A DNA stretch of 35,544 nucleotides from Candidatus Moranbacteria bacterium CG23_combo_of_CG06-09_8_20_14_all_35_22 (GTDB taxonomy: Bacteria > Patescibacteriota > Minisyncoccia > Moranbacterales > UBA2206), in assembly GCA_002772115.1 (NCBI GenBank), contig PCRW01000053.1:1-35544 (forward strand). The letters are read 5' to 3'. A program made the translations under genes and the position numbers. This document shows positions 30,582 through 35,544 of the stretch, piece after piece. The notes under the pieces were generated by a model that worked only from the letters and a program-made list of their open reading frames with translations, made no database searches and was not told the DNA's origin. Position 1 is the stretch's first letter; every line of letters begins with the position of its first letter.

Positions 30582-30935
30582 TTATTTTATACTAATTATT
30601 AGTCGAGCTTTTTTCAGTGCCGAAAAAAGATCTGTTTCTAGTTTTTCACTAGAAAATTCTTTTTCCTTTGTTTTGTTTACAAAAATAACCATGTCTTGTC
30701 CTGTTTTTATTCTGTTTATGTTCTTTCTGATTATTTCTCTTAATTGCCTTTTTAGCCTATTCCTTTCCACTGCTTTAGAAGAAAATTTGATTCCAATAGA
30801 AAAACCGAAGCGACTAACTTGAACTGTATTTTTCTTTGTTTTAAGAGCAATACATCCAGAAGAAAAAAAATAGCTCGCTCGGCGGATTTCTTCAAAATCC
30901 TTTAACAAAAGCAGTCTGTTTTTTTTAGGAAGCAT
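30582..30935 (-). CDS. rnpA: Ribonuclease P protein component
   Basis: 117 aa, basic. AVERNRLKRQLREIIR motif. Immediately downstream of rpmH. Confidence 0.85.
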   Translation of the reverse strand: MLPKKNRLLLLKDFEEIRRASYFFSSGCIALKTKKNTVQVSRFGFSIGIKFSSKAVERNRLKRQLREIIRKNINRIKTGQDMVIFVNKTKEKEFSSEKLETDLFSALKKARLIISIK

Positions 30936-30944
30936 AAATTTTTA

Positions 30945-31079
30945 TTACAGAGATATCTTCTTTCGTCCTTTTTGTCTTCTTTTTTTCAAAACACATTTTC
31001 CCTTTTTTGTGCTATTTCTCTTCCTAAATCCTTGTCTTCTTTTTCTTCTTCCACTTTTTGGCTTGTAAGTTATGCTCAT
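30945..31079 (-). CDS. rpmH: 50S ribosomal protein L34
   Basis: 44-aa MSITYKPKSGRRKRRQGFRKRNSTKKGKCVLKKRRQKGRKKISL matches the L34 pattern. The longer ORF-track N-terminus (to 31151) is read-through into the MITE-like element. Confidence 0.9.
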   Translation of the reverse strand: MSITYKPKSGRRKRRQGFRKRNSTKKGKCVLKKRRQKGRKKISL

Positions 31080-31107
31080 TTTTTTATAATTAATTAATTT
31101 CATTAAA

Positions 31108-31136
31108 AGTTTACCAGTTAAAAGCCTAAAAGTCAA
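31108..31136 (-). promoter_or_regulatory. Candidate sigma70-type promoter for rpmH-rnpA-yidC-jag
   Basis: On the minus strand: TTGACT (31136-31131), a 17-nt spacer, then TAAACT (31113-31108), about 30 nt upstream of the rpmH ATG. The -35 abuts the MITE-like element. Confidence 0.35.
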
Positions 31137-31255
31137 TTCATCCCCCACCACTTTTAGGTTTGGTTATTTTGATTAAATTAATTTAGCCAATTAAATAGTT
31201 TAAGCTTATCTTTTTTACATAAAACATTACAACCTAAAAGTGGTGGGGGATGAAC
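31136..31255. mobile_element. MITE-like ~120-bp element, copy 2 (inverted relative to copy 1), in the rpmH-dnaA divergent spacer
   Basis: Ends (a)ttcatcccccaccacttttagg / cctaaaagtggtgggggatgaac. The core aligns with the reverse complement of 6982-7100. Confidence 0.7.
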
Positions 31256-31281
31256 TTACACTTCTTTTGCTAAAATTATTT

Positions 31282-31313
31282 TCATCCACATTTTATCAAC
31301 AATGTTATCCACT
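31282..31313 (+). promoter_or_regulatory. Three direct DnaA-box-like 9-mers upstream of dnaA
   Basis: TCATCCACA (31282-31290), TTATCAACA (31293-31301) and TTATCCACT (31305-31313). Each has one mismatch to TTATCCACA. Confidence 0.55.
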
Positions 31314-31357
31314 TTTCCCTTAGACTGTTTTTTAGGGTTGTGCTATACTTTTTTTAT

Positions 31358-32737
31358 ATGACTAACGAGGAGCTTTGGAAAACAGCTTTAGGAGAGATAG
31401 AGCTTTCCATTTCAAAAGCGAATTTTATTACTTGGTTTAAAAATACCTCCATTTTTTCCATAAAAGATGGCCATGTTGTTATTAGTGTGCCTAATGGTTT
31501 TGCCAAAGAATGGCTGGAAAATAAATACGACCTGTATATTCTTCGAGCGCTAAAAAACATTCAAGGTGACATTAAGTCTGTTTCTTGTTTGATTTCTACC
31601 GGACCAACCACTTTTTTTCCTCAAAAAAATTCCGAACCAGCAATTGATGCCATCCAAGCACCAAAAAAATCCTCCTTTCCACCAGAAAAAAAGCTTTTTA
31701 TAAGCCGAGAAAACAACCTTAATCCTAAATACACTTTTGATAATTTTGTTGTTGGCGGAAGCAATGAATTGGCTAAGGCCGCCTGCTATGCTGTTTCTCA
31801 AAATTTAGGCAATGTTTACAATCCACTTTTTATTTACGGCGGAGTTGGACTAGGAAAAACTCATCTTATCCAATCTATCGGTAATGAAGTATTAAAATCT
31901 AATCCGCAATTACAAATAAAATATATTTCTTCCGAACGCTTCACTAGTGAGCTAGTTGACTCCATTAAAAACCAAAAAATCAAGGAATTTAAGGAATATT
32001 ATCAAAAAATAGACCTACTTATTATTGATGACATCCAGTTTATCTCCGGCAAAGAAAAAACTCAAGAAGAATTTTTTCATATTTTCAATTATTTATACCA
32101 ACTTAATAAACAAATCATCCTTTCTAGTGATCGAGTGCCAAAAGCCATTCAAATACTAGAAGAAAGGCTTCGTTCTCGTTTTGAAGGAGGCATGATCGCC
32201 GATGTTTCCAAACCTGATTTAGAAACTAGACTGGCTATTCTCAAGAAAAAAGCCACCCAAAATAACATTGAAATTACTCCTGATGCTCTAGATTACATCG
32301 CTTCTAACATCAAAAATAATATCCGCGAATTAGAAGGAGCACTCAATAGGGTTCTAGTAAGTGCGCAATTAACAAAAAAAGTGGTTGATTTGACTTATAC
32401 AAAGCAAATATTATCTGATATTATATCCAGTGGCAAAAAAAAAGGCATTAGTTATAAACATATTCTGAAAGTGGTTTCGGATTTTTACGAAGTCAGTTTA
32501 GATGATTTAATCGCTAAAAATAGAAAACAAGAAGTAGTAAAACCGCGTCAGGTCGCAATGTTTCTTATGCGAAGTGAATTAGCTTTTTCCTATCCTGGAA
32601 TTGGCGATAAGCTTGGCGGGAGAGATCACACCACCGCTATTCATGCTTGTGCTAAAATTTTACAGGCACTGAAAAATGATGAGAAACTAAACGAGGAATT
32701 AGTCCACCTTAAAGATTTACTATATTTATTACCCTAA
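31358..32737 (+). CDS. dnaA: Chromosomal replication initiator protein DnaA
   Basis: Walker A GGVGLGKTHL, Walker B LLIIDDIQF, sensor/box VII region. C-terminal DNA-binding domain VKPRQVAMFLMR...GGRDHTTAIHA. First ATG at 31358. Confidence 0.95.
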   Translation: MTNEELWKTALGEIELSISKANFITWFKNTSIFSIKDGHVVISVPNGFAKEWLENKYDLYILRALKNIQGDIKSVSCLISTGPTTFFPQKNSEPAIDAIQAPKKSSFPPEKKLFISRENNLNPKYTFDNFVVGGSNELAKAACYAVSQNLGNVYNPLFIYGGVGLGKTHLIQSIGNEVLKSNPQLQIKYISSERFTSELVDSIKNQKIKEFKEYYQKIDLLIIDDIQFISGKEKTQEEFFHIFNYLYQLNKQIILSSDRVPKAIQILEERLRSRFEGGMIADVSKPDLETRLAILKKKATQNNIEITPDALDYIASNIKNNIRELEGALNRVLVSAQLTKKVVDLTYTKQILSDIISSGKKKGISYKHILKVVSDFYEVSLDDLIAKNRKQEVVKPRQVAMFLMRSELAFSYPGIGDKLGGRDHTTAIHACAKILQALKNDEKLNEELVHLKDLLYLLP

Positions 32738-33011
32738 TTATAGGTATATCCTGTGGACAACCTTAATATAAACCTGTTCAAATCTAGTCCTACATTCTCT
32801 GTTTTTTTTGTTTATAAACCCCTCCTAAAATAAATATATAAATTAAACCTAAATCTATCCACATCCTTAATAAATAAAAATATATATTTATCCCCTTATT
32901 ATCAACACTATTTTTACCTTATTTAAAGCAAATATAACCCTTATCCCCACTTATCCTATTTTATAATAAATAATAGTAATATTTATTTAATTAATTAATT
33001 ATTAAAATACT
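32738..33011. other. Probable oriC (dnaA-dnaN spacer): DnaA-box cluster plus AT-rich unwinding region
   Basis: Box-like 9-mers: tgtggacaa (32752-60, reverse complement TTGTCCACA), CTATCCACA (32855-63), TTATCCCCT (32888-96), TTATCAACA (32899-907), TTATCCCCA (32941-49), TTATCCTAT (32951-59). An almost pure A/T tract follows at 32960-33010. Confidence 0.7.
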
Positions 33012-34169
33012 ATGAAATTAATTTGTACTCAAGAAAATTTAAAAAAAGCTATTTTTAATTGTGAAAGAGTAGTAGCGAAGAAAAATACTCTACCTATCCT
33101 AAATAATATTCTTTTTGAGACAGAAAAAGGTGGTTTAAAATTATCCGCCACTAATCTTGAATTGGGAGTTTCTTCTAAAATAGGAGCAAAAATAGAAAAA
33201 GAGGGTAAAATAACTATTCCTGCTAGGATTATTAGTAATTTTTCAAATAATTTACTAGGAGGGGAAAATATTTCCCTAGAATTAGTAGAGAATAATTTAA
33301 AAATAAAAAGTGGAGGAAATAAGGCTGTAATAAAAGGAATTTCCGCGGAAGATTTTCCTCTTCTTCCTTTGAAAAAAACAGATCATCTGTTGGATATTTC
33401 TAGTTTAGATTTAAAAATAGCTATTTTGAAAGTTATGCCGGCGGTAGCTTTTAATGAAGCTCGGCAAGAACTCACAGGTATAAATTTGATTTTAAAAGAA
33501 AAAGAGCTTATTTTTGCTGCGACAGATAGTTTTCGTTTGGCAGAATTTCGTCTTAAAATAGAAGAAATTAACATAAATAAAGAAAAATATCAGCTTTTTA
33601 TAGAAAAAAATGAAAATGTAATCATTCCTTTTAATGTTTTGGCAGAATTAAATCGGGTTTTGGCGCCAGAAATAGAGACAAGAGTGAAAATAACCATTGA
33701 AGAAAGGCAGATTTTTTTTGAAACAGAAGGGATAAAATTAGTTTCTCGGCTTATTAATGGAAAATATCCAGAATATAAACATATAATGCCGGCGGACTAT
33801 AAAACTAGGATTGTGGGGGAAAAACAGGTTTTGCAAAATGCGATTAAAATGGCGAATGTATTTTCCTCTGGTGGATCAAATGAGATAACGCTCAAAATTA
33901 GCGCAGAGGAGAAGAAAATTTTTATTTTATCTTCTAGCGCTGAAGCAGGAGAAAATTCAACTGAACTTAATTTTGACATCACAGGTCCATCCCAAGAAGT
34001 TGTTTTTAACGCTAAATATCTTTTAGATGGAATTAATGTTATCGCTTCTAATCAGGTGGCAATTTTACTTAACAGCGAAGCTACTCCTGTAGCTGTGCGC
34101 GAGATTGATGAAAAATCTGGCGAAGTGTTGGAAAATTTCACTTATATTGTGATGCCGATAAAGAATTAA
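33012..34169 (+). CDS. dnaN: DNA polymerase III beta sliding clamp
   Basis: 385 aa. N-terminal MKLICTQENLKKAI..LPILNNILFE..LKLSATNLELG and C-terminal YIVMPI are typical of DnaN. Follows dnaA. Confidence 0.95.
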   Translation: MKLICTQENLKKAIFNCERVVAKKNTLPILNNILFETEKGGLKLSATNLELGVSSKIGAKIEKEGKITIPARIISNFSNNLLGGENISLELVENNLKIKSGGNKAVIKGISAEDFPLLPLKKTDHLLDISSLDLKIAILKVMPAVAFNEARQELTGINLILKEKELIFAATDSFRLAEFRLKIEEININKEKYQLFIEKNENVIIPFNVLAELNRVLAPEIETRVKITIEERQIFFETEGIKLVSRLINGKYPEYKHIMPADYKTRIVGEKQVLQNAIKMANVFSSGGSNEITLKISAEEKKIFILSSSAEAGENSTELNFDITGPSQEVVFNAKYLLDGINVIASNQVAILLNSEATPVAVREIDEKSGEVLENFTYIVMPIKN

Positions 34170-34187
34170 AAGCATATAACATAAAAC

Positions 34188-35132
34188 ATGAAACATAAAA
34201 CAAAAGAAATAATACACGATTTAATAATTATTGGTGCGGGGCCGGCGGGACTTAGCGCTTCAATTTATGCTTCACGGTATGGGATAAAGCATAAAATTAT
34301 TGGCGCGGTTTTGGGTGGACAAATTAGTGAGACACATAAAATTGACAATTATCCCGGAATGGAAGATATGAATGGATATGAATTCGGACAGCGTTGGGGC
34401 AATCACGCTAAAAAATATGGGGTGGAAATTATTTCGCAAATAGTTCAAAAAATTAAAAAAGAAAATAATATTTTTATTTTAACCTTAGCGAATGAAAATA
34501 TTTTACAAGCTAAAACAATTCTTCTAGCGACGGGAACTAAAAAAAGAAAATTAAATATTTCGGGAGAAAAAGAATTTTTAGGCAAAGGAGTTTCCTATTG
34601 TGCCACTTGCGATGGATTTTTTTACAAAAATAAAATTGTGGGTGTGATTGGGGGATCAGATAGCGCGGCGACAACTGTTTTATATTTGGCGGATTTAGCC
34701 CAGAAAGTTTATTTAATTTATCGAAAAAGCGAACTGCACGCCGAGCCATTTTGGGTGGAATCAATTAAAAAAAATAAAAAAATCGAAGTGCTTTATAACA
34801 CCAATGTTTTGGAAATACTTGGCCAAGAAAAATTAGAAAAAGTAAAGCTCGACAAAAATTATAACAATTCTAATGAATTAAATTTAGACGGACTTTTTAT
34901 CGAAGCGGGATCAGATCCGGCGGTGGAATATTTTAGCGAACTAGGAATTGAATTGGATGAAGGCGGTTATATTAAAATTCAAAAAAACGGCGCCACGAAT
35001 ATTTCCGGAGTTTTTTCTGCTGGCGACATCACCGATGGCTCCGACAAATTCCGCCAAGTCATCACCGCCGCCTCTGAAGGCGCCATTGCTGTGCGGGGGA
35101 TTTATAATTTTTTGAAGAAAAATAAAAGTTAA
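34188..35132 (+). CDS. trxB: Thioredoxin-disulfide reductase
   Basis: FAD motif IIGAGPAGLSA, redox centre CATCDG, NADPH motif GGSDSAA, C-terminal GDITD. Confidence 0.9.
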   Translation: MKHKTKEIIHDLIIIGAGPAGLSASIYASRYGIKHKIIGAVLGGQISETHKIDNYPGMEDMNGYEFGQRWGNHAKKYGVEIISQIVQKIKKENNIFILTLANENILQAKTILLATGTKKRKLNISGEKEFLGKGVSYCATCDGFFYKNKIVGVIGGSDSAATTVLYLADLAQKVYLIYRKSELHAEPFWVESIKKNKKIEVLYNTNVLEILGQEKLEKVKLDKNYNNSNELNLDGLFIEAGSDPAVEYFSELGIELDEGGYIKIQKNGATNISGVFSAGDITDGSDKFRQVITAASEGAIAVRGIYNFLKKNKS

Positions 35133-35140
35133 AAGAAAAT

Positions 35141-35230
35141 ATGGAACAAATCAAGAAAAATATCGCCGATTTGGTGGGGAAATATAATCGGCTGAAAAAA
35201 GAAGATAAAATTAAGGATTATAAAAAATAA
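35141..35230 (+). pseudogene. 29-codon ORF resembling the extreme N-terminus of N6-adenine MTase / type IIG R-M enzymes (possible remnant)
   Basis: MEQIKKNIADLVGKYNRLKKEDKIKDYKK*. The ..LV.KY..LKKE.KIK.Y pattern recalls the N-termini of such enzymes just before their YNE..T..FI block. Weak evidence, from memory only. Confidence 0.25.
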
Positions 35231-35278
35231 AAAAGTTATCCACAGGTGCAATTAGATAAATAGTGGTATAATACCACT

Positions 35279-35476
35279 ATGGGTTATCAATTAAATCTGT
35301 TATTTCAACAGATGACTAATAATAAAAATAATAAAAAACTAAATTATATCTCACTTTTTAGTAGTGCTGGAGTTGGGTGCTATGGTTTTAATGTTGAAGA
35401 TTTTAATTGTGTTGTCACTAATGAATTGCTAGATAAGAGATTGTTTGTTCAAAAATGTAATAATGCGGCTCTATAA
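35279..35476 (+). pseudogene. Truncated DNA (cytosine-5) methyltransferase N-terminal fragment
   Basis: 65-aa ORF. ISLFSSAGVGCYGF resembles motif I (FxGxG) and VVTNELLDKR resembles motif II (..NE....R). It stops long before the catalytic PC motif. Preceded by TGGTATAAT within the palindrome tagtggtat-a-ataccacta. Confidence 0.5.
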
Positions 35477-35533
35477 TAAATAGTGTGGTGGATAACTAAA
35501 GAAGTGGTAGGATTTAAGTGCTTAAACATTAAA

Positions 35534-35544
35534 CCCCCACCACC
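35534..35544. repeat. Probable start of a third MITE-like element copy, cut by the window edge
   Basis: cccccaccac, the core of the element's terminal inverted repeat, is a GC-rich 10-mer in an AT-rich context. Confidence 0.4.

Noticed and set aside
7101-31136. The 24-kb segment between the two MITE-like copies as a genomic island or composite transposon
   Set aside because: The segment includes universally conserved origin-proximal core genes (rpmH, rnpA, yidC, jag) in canonical synteny. No transposase or integrase is present. Only a possible inversion substrate is retained as a hypothesis.
1-35544. Alternative genetic code (UGA recoding, as in some candidate phyla)
   Set aside because: All conserved genes give full-length products with the standard code. 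TGA appears to function as a genuine stop (for example the GT2 gene ending at 25909).

Overview
Low-GC (about one-third G+C by eye) bacterial chromosome segment spanning the replication origin. Gene content and style suggest a Patescibacteria/CPR-type genome; this is an inference. All calls come from reading the ORF translations and the DNA by eye; no searches were run.

Layout:
(1) 108-5124, + strand: housekeeping genes (yraN, TraR/DksA-like, lspA, comM, a DUF348/G5/RlpA-like wall protein, rsmA).
(2) 5319-6950, - strand: UbiA-family prenyltransferase fusion.
(3) 7163-23269, + strand: a ~16 kb co-directional locus that reads as a minimal Gram-positive-style type IV secretion / pilus-like apparatus. 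It encodes a secreted TSP3-repeat protein, a VirB6/TrbL-like polytopic protein, a PrgI/VirB3-like protein, a VirB4 ATPase, two TrbC/VirB2-like pilins (one fused to a lytic transglycosylase), a 922-aa anchored surface protein and a TolB-like protein. No coupling protein, relaxase, VirB11 or integrase is in the window. Two small 'selfish-looking' genes (a four-helix-bundle/Avd-like protein and a GxxExxY protein) sit between inverted-repeat arms inside this locus.
(4) 23330-29030, - strand: surface-glycan cluster (two O-antigen-ligase-like proteins, two GT2 glycosyltransferases, a Wzx-like flippase).
(5) 29275-35132: origin core, jag-yidC-rnpA-rpmH | dnaA-oriC-dnaN-trxB.
(6) 35141-35544: probable restriction-modification gene remnants.

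The most unusual sequence-level feature is a dense, nested population of palindromic repeat families. These include 124-bp near-identical units punctuating the T4SS core genes, a ~120-bp MITE-like element with 22-23-bp terminal inverted repeats, and GC-rich hairpins nested inside AT-rich hairpins. There are also several in-frame palindromic insertions inside conserved housekeeping genes (lspA, rsmA). No rRNA, tRNA or CRISPR array was recognised.
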